Assembly: GCA_963702005.1 (NCBI GenBank)
Contig: OY969696.1
Span: 3,552,001-3,616,000, forward strand
Source of the DNA: Candidatus Aminicenantes bacterium
Lineage (GTDB): Bacteria; Acidobacteriota; Aminicenantia; Aminicenantales; JAFGBC01
Direction: 5' to 3'
DNA: 64,000 nt
In this document: positions 38,104-48,441 of the stretch, one piece after another
Numbering within the stretch: the stretch's first letter is position 1
Layout: every line of letters starts with the position of its first letter
Position numbers and translations under genes: made by a program
The notes under the pieces: generated by a model
Seen by the model: only the letters and a program-made list of their open reading frames with translations
Told to the model about the DNA's origin: nothing
The model's database searches: none

Positions 38104-40812
38104 ATGAAACTACGTTTATCCATCCTATCCGCTCTTATCATCCTACTGGCCGTTTTCGCGGCGGCGCCCTCGCTCCGGGCCGAGGACAAGCCGGTCCTCA
38201 CCCCCTGGACCGCGGACGACCTCATCAACCAGGAATCGGTCGGGAATTTCGCGATTTCGCCCGACGGCGCCTGGGCCGTCTGGACGAAGAGCACGACCGA
38301 TAAAGACAAAGACGGACGGATCAGCCGCTTGTTCCTTTCCTCGCTCAAGGAGGAGGCCGAGCCCTTCCAGCTGACCCGGGGCGATTCGAGCGATTTCGCC
38401 CCCCGCTGGTCGCCCTCGGGCAAGTTCATCGGCTTCCTCTCGGCCCGCAAGGTCCCCGGCGATAAAAGCGAGGCCGAAGGGGCCCAGGTCTGGCTCCTCG
38501 ACCGCCGCGGCGGAGAGCCCTGGAAGCTGACCGGCCTCCCGATGGGCGTCAGCTCCTTCGAATGGCTCGACGAGAACCGCCTCCTCCTCGCGGCCCGCGA
38601 GTCCCAGACCCTGCTCGAGCTCGAACAGAAGGAGAAAAAGGACTCCAGCCAGGTCGTCGAGGACCAGGAGCACATGGCGCCCCAGCGGCTGTTCGTCTTC
38701 GACATCAAAGCGCGGAAGGCCGAGCGGATCACATCGAACTCGGACCAGATCACGAACATCGAGCTCTCCCGGGACAAAAAGCTCGTCCTGACCCGGAACG
38801 AGCAGAGCGTCCGCTACGGCGTCGACAAGAAAATCAAGCCCAAGTTCTATCTCGTAGAGCTCGAAACCCGGGCCTCAAGCGAGCTCTTCCCCGAGCGCGG
38901 CTTCAAGCCCTCCTCCTTCGCCTGGGCCTGGGACTCCAAGGGTTTCTACTTCACCCGGACCCAGACGAGCGATTATGAGAACGAGGGCCCCGGCGCCGAA
39001 ATCCTCTACTACTACGACCTCGCCGCCAAGTCCTACGCGGAGGTCCCGATCGACTGGGGCTGGGGGATGTCCTACGGCTTCCTCCCCCGCGAGGACGGGT
39101 TCATCGCCGCGCTCGCCAACGGGGCCCGCCCCAAATGGCGTCGTTACGTCAAGGCCGAAGACTCCTACTCCTACAAGGAGCTCGAAGGCAAGCATTATCC
39201 CAATATCTATGGCTTCGACCTTCAGGAGGAAGGGACGGCGGCCGTCTACAGTTATTCGACGGCCTCCCAGCCCGTCCAGTATTACGTCGCGACGCTGGAG
39301 GGACCCGTCCTCAAGGGCGAGCGTCTCCTCCTCGAGCCCAACGGCGGGTTCAAGGACAAGCCCAAGGCCAAGACCGAGGTCCTCAAGTGGAGCGGCGCGC
39401 TGGGCGAGGAGGTCGAGGGCGTCCTGTACTACCCGCACGACTACATCGAAGGAAAGCGCTATCCCCTCATGCTCTCCATCCACGGCGGCCCGACCGGCTG
39501 GGACTCCGACGCCTTCGACGAGAATTGGGCGAGCTACCCCAATCTGCTGGCCCAGAAGGGCTCGTTCGTCCTTCTCCCCAATTACCACGGCTCGGGCAAC
39601 TACGGCCAAGCCTGGGCTGAATCCATCAAGGGCCGCTACTACGAGCTCGAGCTCGAGGACATCACCAAGGGCATCGACGTCCTCATCCGGAAGGGCATGG
39701 TCGATCCCGACCGGCTCGGGACCATGGGCTGGTCGAACGGCGGCATCCTGACGATCGGGCTCAGCGTCTGGACCGACCGGTTCAAAGTCGCCGGCGTCGG
39801 CGCGGCCGACGTCAACTGGACGAGCGACTACGGCAACTGCGCCTTCGGCGTCAGCTTCGACAACTACTATTTCAAGGGGACGCCCTGGGACGAGATCGAG
39901 CACTACATCCTGAAGTCACCCCTGTTCCATCTCAAGAACATGAAAACCCCGACCATCATCTTCCACGGGTCCGAAGACACCAACGTCCCCTATGAGCAGG
40001 GTTGGGAGTACTACCGAGCCCTCCAGCAGATCGGCCTGGCGCCGGTCCGCTTCATCAGCTTCCCGGGCGAGCCTCACGGCCTGCGCCTCCTGACCCACCA
40101 GAAGCGCAAGGTCGAGGAAGAGCTGGCCTGGTTCGACCGCTACTTCTTCAAGACCGAAGCAGCCCGCAACGAAGCCCTCAAGAAAGGCTCGCCTCTCGAC
40201 CTCCAAATCAAAAAGGCGGGCTTCGCGCACGCCGGCTCGCGCTACGGCGTCACGATCAAAGGCACGCTCGCCCCCGAAACGGTCCTCAGCGAGGGGCTGA
40301 ACGTCGGCCGCTTCGAGGTCACCCGGGCCCAGTGGGCCTCCTTCGACGGAAGCTACCAGGTCGAGCCCGGGACGGATGATTACCCGGCGACCGGGATGAG
40401 CTTCGATCAGGCCCAAAAGTACATTAAATGGCTGAGCGGCCGGACCGGCTTGAAGTACAGGCTTCCCACCGCGGCCGAGGCCGAGAAGCTCGCAGGGAAG
40501 GGCGGCGCCGACAACACCCTGGACTGGTGGGCCGGCTACACCCTCAACCCGGACGATGCCCGCCTCCTCCTCGACAAGGTCAAGACGCTCAAGGGCGCGG
40601 CATCGCTCCTCGTTCCGGTCGATAAATTCGACCCGGCCGGCGACGAGATGATCTTCGGCTTAGGCGGCAACGCGGCCGAGTGGGCCGTCGACGACAAGGG
40701 AAACGGCCAAGCTGTCGGGGCCTGCGCCGTTGCGCCCAAAGATCCTCAGGCCAAAAAGACGCCGCCGCCCTCCGCCTACACGGGCCTCCGCGTCATCAAG
40801 GAGGGCAGATAG
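38104..40812 (+). CDS. S9 prolyl oligopeptidase family protein with C-terminal FGE-sulfatase-like domain
   Basis: Propeller region, HGGP, GWSNGG, D..V, EPH triad; C-terminal FEVTRAQW, YRLPT.AE, GNAAEW, GLR. Confidence 0.85.
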   Translation: MKLRLSILSALIILLAVFAAAPSLRAEDKPVLTPWTADDLINQESVGNFAISPDGAWAVWTKSTTDKDKDGRISRLFLSSLKEEAEPFQLTRGDSSDFAPRWSPSGKFIGFLSARKVPGDKSEAEGAQVWLLDRRGGEPWKLTGLPMGVSSFEWLDENRLLLAARESQTLLELEQKEKKDSSQVVEDQEHMAPQRLFVFDIKARKAERITSNSDQITNIELSRDKKLVLTRNEQSVRYGVDKKIKPKFYLVELETRASSELFPERGFKPSSFAWAWDSKGFYFTRTQTSDYENEGPGAEILYYYDLAAKSYAEVPIDWGWGMSYGFLPREDGFIAALANGARPKWRRYVKAEDSYSYKELEGKHYPNIYGFDLQEEGTAAVYSYSTASQPVQYYVATLEGPVLKGERLLLEPNGGFKDKPKAKTEVLKWSGALGEEVEGVLYYPHDYIEGKRYPLMLSIHGGPTGWDSDAFDENWASYPNLLAQKGSFVLLPNYHGSGNYGQAWAESIKGRYYELELEDITKGIDVLIRKGMVDPDRLGTMGWSNGGILTIGLSVWTDRFKVAGVGAADVNWTSDYGNCAFGVSFDNYYFKGTPWDEIEHYILKSPLFHLKNMKTPTIIFHGSEDTNVPYEQGWEYYRALQQIGLAPVRFISFPGEPHGLRLLTHQKRKVEEELAWFDRYFFKTEAARNEALKKGSPLDLQIKKAGFAHAGSRYGVTIKGTLAPETVLSEGLNVGRFEVTRAQWASFDGSYQVEPGTDDYPATGMSFDQAQKYIKWLSGRTGLKYRLPTAAEAEKLAGKGGADNTLDWWAGYTLNPDDARLLLDKVKTLKGAASLLVPVDKFDPAGDEMIFGLGGNAAEWAVDDKGNGQAVGACAVAPKDPQAKKTPPPSAYTGLRVIKEGR

Positions 40813-40818
40813 GGATCG

Positions 40819-42264
40819 ATGGCCAAGCTCCGCCCGGCCTTTAGGGACAAGGCCCTCTTCGTCCGGCTGTTCGGCGCCGACGTCTACGCCGTGGGCGGAT
40901 TCGTCCGCGACCTCGTGCGCGGGACGCCGACCGAGGAGGTCGACCTCCTCGTCGTCCGGCGCAGCCTCGGCCAAATCGTGCGCCGGATCTCCCCGCACGG
41001 CCGGGTCGACCTGGTCGGAAAAAGTTTCGGAATCATCAAGTTCACGGTCCAAGGCCGCACCTACGACCTGGCCCTCCCCCGCAAGGACGCCCCGCGCGGG
41101 ACGGGGGTGCGCGGCCACAAGGATATCGCCGCGACCTCGGACCCGGATCTGCCGATCGAAAAGGACCTCGAGCGGCGCGACTTCCGCTGCAACAGCATGG
41201 CCCTCCGCCTTTCGGACGGCGCGCTCGTCGATCCCTTCGGCGGCGTCAAGGACATCCGGGCTAAAATCATCCGCCTCACCAACCCGTCCGCCTTTCCCGA
41301 AGACCCGCTCCGCGTCCTGCGCACGGCCCGTTTCGCCTCGGTCCTCGGCTTCGCCGTCGACCCGGCCATTTATCCGACGGCCAAGGACATCGACCTGGCC
41401 GGGCTGAGCGTCGAGCGCATCAACGAGGAACTCTTCAAGATCCTCCTCAACTCGCCCAAGCCGTCGAAAGGGCTCGAGGAGCTGTTCAGGCTCGGCGTCC
41501 TGCGCCGGCTCTTCCCCGAGCTCTACGGCCTGACCCTGGCCCTCCAGGACTCCGTCTTCCACCCCGAGAAGGACGAGTACGGCCACCACACGGTCTGGCA
41601 GCACACCAAGCTGACCGTGGACCAGGCCAAGACGCTCGGCGACCTCTTCGGATTCGCGGCGCCCAAGAAGCTCGCCCTGCTGCTGGCCGCCCTCTACCAC
41701 GACGCCGGAAAGCCCGGCACGGCCCAGTGGGAATTCAAGCGGGGCCGGATGGTCATCATCAACTACGGCCACGACCTGGCTAGCGAGAAGACGGTCAAGA
41801 AAGCCTTTCAGCGTTTCCGGATTTTCTCCTGGAACGGCTACCCGCTCAGCAAGGTCGTGCCGCTCATCATCAAGGCCCATCACCGGGCCTCGGAGCTCTG
41901 GCAGAGCCGCGAGAGCGTCACCCGCAAGGCCTTCAGCCGTCTGGCCGCGGATGTCGGAGGCGAGATTGAGCTCGTCGTCGCCCTCGACGCGGCCGACCGG
42001 GCCGGCCGGCGCGAGCGGCTGGTTAAGGGCCTGGACCGCGAGGCCCGCTGGCTCCTCCGAAAATTCGAAGAGCTGCGCGTCTCGAAGGAGACGATCAAGC
42101 CCCTGATCATGGGCCGCGACCTCATCAAGCTCAAAGTCGCGCCCGGCCCGGGCATGGGAAAAATACTCAAGCGCCTTTACAAGCTCCAGCTCGACAGCCG
42201 GTTCGAGACGCGGGCCGAAGGGCTCAAGCTCGCCAAGAAGATCGTGGAAGGGAAACGGCTATGA
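40819..42264 (+). CDS. Class II CCA tRNA nucleotidyltransferase / poly(A) polymerase family with HD region
   Basis: VGGFVRD, DLERRDF..N, EDPLRVLR..RF, ERI.EE, H..HD.GK. Confidence 0.85.
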   Translation: MAKLRPAFRDKALFVRLFGADVYAVGGFVRDLVRGTPTEEVDLLVVRRSLGQIVRRISPHGRVDLVGKSFGIIKFTVQGRTYDLALPRKDAPRGTGVRGHKDIAATSDPDLPIEKDLERRDFRCNSMALRLSDGALVDPFGGVKDIRAKIIRLTNPSAFPEDPLRVLRTARFASVLGFAVDPAIYPTAKDIDLAGLSVERINEELFKILLNSPKPSKGLEELFRLGVLRRLFPELYGLTLALQDSVFHPEKDEYGHHTVWQHTKLTVDQAKTLGDLFGFAAPKKLALLLAALYHDAGKPGTAQWEFKRGRMVIINYGHDLASEKTVKKAFQRFRIFSWNGYPLSKVVPLIIKAHHRASELWQSRESVTRKAFSRLAADVGGEIELVVALDAADRAGRRERLVKGLDREARWLLRKFEELRVSKETIKPLIMGRDLIKLKVAPGPGMGKILKRLYKLQLDSRFETRAEGLKLAKKIVEGKRL

Positions 42265-43244
42265 GAGTCCTCGTCGCCGGCGGCGCCGGATTCATCGGAT
42301 CCCATACCGTGAGGGAGCTCTTGGAGCGCGGCGTCGAGGTCACGATCTTCGACGACTTTTCGACCGGGCGGCGCGAGCTCGTCCCCGGCGGCAAGGCCGT
42401 CGCCGTCGTCAAGGGCGACCTCATGGACAGGGAGGCGGTCCGGGCCGCCTTCCGAAAGCGCCGCTTCGACGCCGTCCTCCACTTCGCCTCCCTGATCCAG
42501 GTCGGGGAAAGCTACAAGGACCCGGCCAAATACTACACCCACAACCTCGACACGAGTCTCAACCTCCTTGACGCCATGCGCGAGTCGGGCGTCGGGAATT
42601 TCATCTTTTCGTCGAGCGCGGCCGTCTACGGCGTCCCCGAAACGATCCCCATTCCCGAGGACCATCCCCTGAAGCCGATCAATCCCTACGGCCGGACCAA
42701 GTTGTTCGTGGAGCGCATCCTCGAGGATTACGGGCGGGCCTACGGGCTCCGTTACGTTTCGCTCCGCTATTTCAACGCGGCCGGCGCGGACCCCGAGGGC
42801 CGGCTTGGCGAGATGCACGACCCGGAGACTCACCTCATCCCCAACATTTTCCTTCATTTATTGGGGAGGGCGCCGGCCCTCGAGGTTTTCGGGACGGACT
42901 TCCCGACGCCGGACGGAACGGCCGTCCGCGACTACATCCACGTCACGGACCTGGCTGTCGCCCACGTCCTCGCCCTCGAAAAGCTCATGGCGGGCGGCAA
43001 GAGCCTCGTCCTCAACCTGGGGACGAACCGGGGTTACTCGGTCCTCGAGGTCGTCCGCAAAGCCGAGGAGGTCACCGGCCGCAAGGTCTCGATCGAGAAG
43101 CGGCCGCGCCGCGAGGGGGATGTCGCGGTCCTGCTGGCATCGAAAGAGAAAGCCGAGCGCCTGCTGGGCTGGACGCTCAGGCTCTCGGACATTGAGACGA
43201 TCATCCGGACCGCCTGGCGCTGGCATCAAAAACAAAGGACCTGA
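42261..43244 (+). CDS. galE: UDP-glucose 4-epimerase
   Basis: GGAGFIGSH, FSSSAAVYG, PYGRTK, LRYFNAAGA, DGTAVRDYIHV. Confidence 0.93.
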   Translation: MRVLVAGGAGFIGSHTVRELLERGVEVTIFDDFSTGRRELVPGGKAVAVVKGDLMDREAVRAAFRKRRFDAVLHFASLIQVGESYKDPAKYYTHNLDTSLNLLDAMRESGVGNFIFSSSAAVYGVPETIPIPEDHPLKPINPYGRTKLFVERILEDYGRAYGLRYVSLRYFNAAGADPEGRLGEMHDPETHLIPNIFLHLLGRAPALEVFGTDFPTPDGTAVRDYIHVTDLAVAHVLALEKLMAGGKSLVLNLGTNRGYSVLEVVRKAEEVTGRKVSIEKRPRREGDVAVLLASKEKAERLLGWTLRLSDIETIIRTAWRWHQKQRT

Positions 43245-43274
43245 GTCGCTTCTAAGGATAATAAGGAGGTCAGC

Positions 43275-44210
43275 ATGAATCGCGGAATGAGACGCAGGGA
43301 TTTTTTGAAGACCGGTGCGGCGGCCGGGGCGGCCGCGCTCGTCGGCGGCTTCGCCGGGGCCCGCGGGGTGACGGGCCAGCCGAGCGCGCCGCCGGACCTG
43401 GCGGTCGTCAAGGGCGCGGATTATTTCGCCGCGACGCGTAAAGCCATCGATACCCTGGGCGGAATGAAGAAGTTCGTAACGCCCGGGGCCAAGGTCGGGC
43501 TTCTCATCAACGCCCCGCTCTGGTGGCGTCTGCCGGGGAGCCACACGAACGCCGACGTCGTCCTGGCCGCGCTCCTCGCCTGCCAGGAGGCAGGGGCCGG
43601 CTCCATTCAATACCTGACCGACCCCGCGCCCGACTTCTGGACCAAGACACCCCTTTCGGCGAAATACGCCGCCGAGATCGCCTCGGTCAAGAAATGCTCG
43701 AAAAACTTCATCGAAGTCCCCGTTCCCAAAGGGACGGTCCTCAAAAAGGCCAAGGTCGTGAAAGAGCTCCTGGACTGCGACGTTTTCATCGACCTCCCCA
43801 TCATCAAGAACCACGAGGGTGTCTCCATGTCCGGGAACCTCAAGAACATGATGGGGGCCAACACGGGCGACACCAATCAGTTCTTTCACACCGGGTCCGG
43901 AACCAAGGGATCGTACGGCGACATCCCCTTCATCTCCCAGTGCATCGCCGACCTCAACACGCTGCGCCGGCCGGTCCTGTGCATCGCGGACGCGACCGTT
44001 TTCCTGATGACAAACGGCCCCCAGGGACCGGGCGAGCTGCGAAAGGCGGATAAGGTCATCGCCGGGACCGATCGGGTCGCGGCGGACGCCTACGGCGCTG
44101 GCTGCCTAGACCTCAAATCCGCCGACGTCCCGATGATCAGGAAAGCCGCCGAGCTTGGTCTGGGCCGCTTGGACTTGGACAAGCTCGCCGTCAAGGAGAT
44201 CGCGCTCTAA
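43275..44210 (+). CDS. Tat-exported DUF362 protein
   Basis: RRDFLK twin-arginine signal; P..K.H, LKNMMG, GP.GPG, D.VA.D motifs. Confidence 0.8.
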   Translation: MNRGMRRRDFLKTGAAAGAAALVGGFAGARGVTGQPSAPPDLAVVKGADYFAATRKAIDTLGGMKKFVTPGAKVGLLINAPLWWRLPGSHTNADVVLAALLACQEAGAGSIQYLTDPAPDFWTKTPLSAKYAAEIASVKKCSKNFIEVPVPKGTVLKKAKVVKELLDCDVFIDLPIIKNHEGVSMSGNLKNMMGANTGDTNQFFHTGSGTKGSYGDIPFISQCIADLNTLRRPVLCIADATVFLMTNGPQGPGELRKADKVIAGTDRVAADAYGAGCLDLKSADVPMIRKAAELGLGRLDLDKLAVKEIAL

Positions 44211-44270
44211 ATCGGGTTGACATCCCCCGAACCGCCGGCATATATTGAGGTCGGCCAAAAGGAAATCACG

Positions 44271-46262
44271 ATGAAAAAGGGGTATCCGTCCGTCCGCAAA
44301 ATCGCGTTTTCGGCTTGTGCCGTCCTGATCGCGCTCGCTCTTCTGAGCCCGAATTTTGCTCCCGGCGGCGGACCGCTCGCGCCGCCCGCGGAATCGAGGA
44401 CGGTCATCGGGCCTTACGGCGGGGACATCCGGGGCTTAGCCGCCAACCCAACCAAGCCCAAAGAAGTTTATGCCGTTTCCTACTACCAAGGCCAAGTCTT
44501 CAAATCCTCTGATTCGGGGGCGTCCTGGAAGAATCTGGCCGCTTTCGATTGCGAGCTCTACGATATCGCCCTGGCTCCCTCCGATCCCAACCGTCTCTAC
44601 GTGCTCGGGCAGGAGGGCGTATCGGTTTCCGAGGACGCGGGCGCGACCTGGACGGCTCGGGCGTTCGGGACCCGCTGCTACAGCAAAGCCTCTTTGGCCG
44701 TCGACCCCAAGGATCCGGACACGATCTATGTCGCGGGCTTTTTCCAGACGGATCCGAACCGCTACTGGATCACCTCCGCGGCATTCTTCATCTCCCGGAA
44801 CGCCGGGAAGACCTGGACGACGACGAAGCTGACGCCTTCGGGCAGCTGGGGTTCGTTATCCTGCTTCGACGTGTCCCGGGATCACCCGGACGTCTTCTAT
44901 GTCGCCGGCGATTGGTGGGATACAAAGTATAAACACCATTATATCGTCTTCCGGAGCGGCAACCGCGGCAAGAGCTGGAAAAACATCTCGCCGCCTTCTC
45001 TCAATAAAATTCCGACCGCGCTGGCGGCTGATCGCGGCGATCCCGGCCGCCTTTTCCTGACCGCCGACAGGTACGTCTTGAGAAGCTCGAACGGCGGAGC
45101 GACCTGGACGTCGACGGATCTTAAAGAACCGCTGTCGGCTGTCGCCATCGATCCCGCCCATCCCTCCCTCGTCTACGCCGGGGGGAGCTCGCTGGGTTTC
45201 CGAAGCCCGGACGGCGGCCTCAATTGGACCCGGTTCACGGGGATCGGGGGAACGGTCAAGGATTTCCTGTTCGGCACCGGCCGGGTCCTGGCGGGGACTT
45301 CGGCGGGCGTCTTCAAGAGCGCCAACAACGGGCAATCCTGGAGCGCCAGCCACCAGAACCTCTGCGCCATGAATGTCGAGACCGTGCCGGTTTCGCCCTC
45401 TTCCCCCCAGGTCGTCTACGCGGCCCTGCCCGGGATCGGGCTGTCCCGGTCGGCAAACGGCGGGAAGTCCTGGGCCAGGCAGGGAACGTCTACGATCTGC
45501 GGCGGTATCGTCGACCTCGCCGTGCGCCCAGACAATCCGGATTGGTTCATCGCCTCCGTCATGGGCTGAGGCAACTCGGGCGTCTACAGGTCTGTAGACG
45601 GCGGTAAAAAAATGACTCGAGTGGCTGTCCTCTTCGCCTACGATCTGGCCTTCAGCGCGACCTCGCCCCAGGTCATTTTCGGGACCGGCTTCTCCAACGG
45701 GATCTCGTTCTTCATGTCCACGGACGGAGGGACCACCTGGGCGACGCGTTCGGTCGGAGTGCCGGGCGAGGGCCACACCCTGGCCCTGGATCCCCGGGAC
45801 GAGAATATCATCTATATCGGCGGACGGCACAGGCTCAATACCTCTACATTAACGTATGAGACGATCGTCTCCAAGAGCCTGAACGCCGGCCAAAAGTGGA
45901 CCCACATCACGGGGAAGGTCGGCGGAACGATCATTCGCGCGCTCGCGATCGATCCCGGGACGCCGAACCGGATCTTGGCCGGCTCCGACGCCGGTATTTA
46001 TCGGAGCGAGGACGGCGGGGCGAATTGGACGCAGGCTCTGTCCGCAGATATCTACTGCATGAAAATCATAGCCTCGACGCCCAAGGCGGCCTACGCCGGG
46101 GGGCCGGCCGGGCTTTACATCAGCCTGGATGCCGGCAAGACCTGGACGGAATCCGTCGAAGGGATGACGGTCAAATACGTCCAGTGTCTTGACGCGGACA
46201 AAGCCCAAAAGACGATTTATGTTGGAACTTACGGAGGGAGTATCCTTAAGATCCGGCGCTGA
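44271..46262 (+). CDS. Secreted BNR/Asp-box beta-propeller protein with in-frame TGA (45567-45569), predicted selenoprotein, paralogue 1 (663 aa, Sec433)
   Basis: ORFs 44271-45569 and 45612-46262 are in frame; the linker reads *GNSGVYRSVDGGKKM, an Asp-box-like motif; SECIS-like hairpin 11 nt after the TGA. Confidence 0.8.
45581..45600 (+). promoter_or_regulatory. Bacterial SECIS-like hairpin
   Basis: CGTCTACA-GGTC-TGTAGACG, 11 nt downstream of the TGA; CAGGUCUG apex as in the E. coli fdhF SECIS. Confidence 0.8.
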
Positions 46263-46377
46263 TGATTCAAGGTCCCGGCTAAAGTCCCCGTTTGGCTCCG
46301 GCCCGTTGACAATATGCGGCAATCTTTGTTAAAGTTCGTAGCAGTTCACAGGTTCCCATGAAACGGGGGATTCTTCC

Positions 46378-48360
46378 ATGAATAAAAAGATGTTTTTACT
46401 TTGCGGCGTCTGGGCCTGCCTCGGTTTCATCGGACTGGGCGCGGTTTCCGACGACCCGCCTTTCTCTCCGCCCGCGGAATCGAGGACGGTCATCGGCCCT
46501 TACGGCGGGGATATCCGGGGCTTGGACGCCAACCCGGCCAACCCTAAGGAAATCTACGCCGTCTCCTACAACAGGGGGCAGGTCTTCCGTTCCACGAATT
46601 CCGGCGAAACCTGGACAAGCATCGCCGCCTTTGATTACGAGCTCTTCGATGTCGCCGCGGCTCCCTCCAACCCGAACGTCATCTATGCCCTGGGCAAAGA
46701 GAGAATTTTCAAGTCCAGCGACAAAGGGGCGACCTGGAAGGAGTACGAGTTCGGCACGCGGAGGTACGCCACAGGGCATATCATCATCCATGCCAAGGAC
46801 CCAAACGAGGTCTACGTCGCCGGCTACTTCCAGACGGACCCAAATCGAGGGGAGGCCACCTGCCCGGCCTTCCTTAAATCCCAAACCGGCGGGAAAACCT
46901 GGACGGTGACGAAAGTCAGCACGAATTCCCTCTCCGGCTCAATGACCTGCCTCGCCCTGTCCAAGAAGCATCCCGCCGTTTTCTATGCCGGCACGACATG
47001 GCGGAATGCCTTCTATAAATACTATTATGGGTTTTGTCGGAGCGACGACGGCGGCCAGAGCTGGAAGGACATCTCGCCCGCCCTGGACGGCGCCGCGTGT
47101 GATGCGGCGGTCGATCCCGACGATCCCACCCGCGTCTTCCTGGCCGCTAGTACGACCATCTGGCGCAGTGAGAACGGCGGATCGAGCTGGGCGACGACAA
47201 AACTCCAGCCTTTAACGGCTTTGGGCATGAATCCCGCCCTCCCCCAAGTCCTCTATGCCGGAGGCTCCGGGCTGATCTACAGGAGCCTGGACGGAGGGCT
47301 CCACTGGACCCAGCCCCAGGCGTGCGGCGGTTCGGCCCAGGACTTTCTGTTCGGGTCCAGCCGGGTCCTAGCGGCTACTTCAAACGGCATTTTTAGGAGC
47401 GACAACAGCGGATCATCCTGGAAGGCCAGCCATCAGGGCTTGAGCGCCATGAACATCACGACCCTGGCCGCCGCCCCTTCCTCCTCCCAGGTCCTCTACA
47501 CAGCCGTCAGCGGCTGCGGATTGTACAGATCCGGCAACGGAGGAAAAACCTGGTTGAGGACGGGGACGGGGTCGCCCTGCGATAATATTATAAGTCTCGC
47601 CGTGTGCCCGGAAAATCCCGATTGGCTCTTCGCGACCGCCTCCGGTTGAAGCAATTATGGCGTCTACAGTTCTGTAGACGGCGGAAAGAAGATGCAGCGT
47701 CTGTCGAGTATTCTCGTCTATGCCCTGACCATCAGCCCAAAATCATCTCAAGTCATTTACGGACTGGGCTATGGGATTAAATTCTATAAGAGCTCGGACG
47801 GAGGGAAGTCCTGGGTAACCCGCGTTCTCGGAAACCAGACGTACCAAAACGCCTTGGCTCTTGATCCCGAGAATGAAAACATCATCTATATTGGCGGTTT
47901 CCACTGGACAGCATCCCTTGCGGCGCGACGAAAGGGGCGCGACCGATCCGGGTGGACGGCGGTTGTCTTTAAGAGCACGAATGGCGGACAGGCCTGGAGC
48001 GGAATCACCGGGAAGATCAAAGGGACCCGGCTTTATGCGCTCGCGGTCGATCCCAAGACGCCGTCCCGGGTTTTCGCCGGAACCGATCTCGGCCTCTACA
48101 GAAGCGAAAACTCCGGCGCGAGTTGGACCGAAGTCCTCAAGGCCGATATCAATAGCGTGAAGGTCATTTCCTCCAATCCGAAAGCCGTCTACGCCGGCGG
48201 CCCTTCGGGCCTTTATCTCAGCCTGGACAGCGGCAAGACCTGGACGAAATCCGTCGAAGGGATGACGTCCAAATACGTCCAGTGTCTTGACGCGGACAAG
48301 GCCCAGAAGACGATTTACGTTGGAACTTACGGAGGGAGTATCCTCAAGATCCGGCGCTGA
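46378..48360 (+). CDS. Secreted BNR/Asp-box beta-propeller protein with in-frame TGA (47647-47649), predicted selenoprotein, paralogue 2 (660 aa, Sec424)
   Basis: ORFs 46378-47649 and 47692-48360 are in frame; the linker reads *SNYGVYSSVDGGKKM; same TGA position and hairpin as paralogue 1. Confidence 0.8.
47661..47680 (+). promoter_or_regulatory. Bacterial SECIS-like hairpin
   Basis: CGTCTACA-GTTC-TGTAGACG, 11 nt downstream of the TGA; stem identical to paralogue 1. Confidence 0.78.
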
Positions 48361-48441
48361 CGATTTCCCGTCTTCCTATTGTCGAAACGGAACAAGGATG
48401 GCATAATACCCCTCCGGTTCATTTTGCCGAGAGAGAAAGGC

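Noticed and set aside
45567-47649. Genome-wide UGA reassignment (Trp/Gly) as the explanation for the in-frame TGAs
   Set aside because: trpB2, cobB, folE and galE end at TGA at their expected C-termini and Trp is encoded by TGG throughout, so recoding must be site-specific.
45567-47649. Both propeller genes as nonsense pseudogenes or sequencing errors
   Set aside because: The same stop at the same column in two diverged paralogues, with intact downstream frames and a conserved hairpin at fixed spacing, is unlikely from decay or error.
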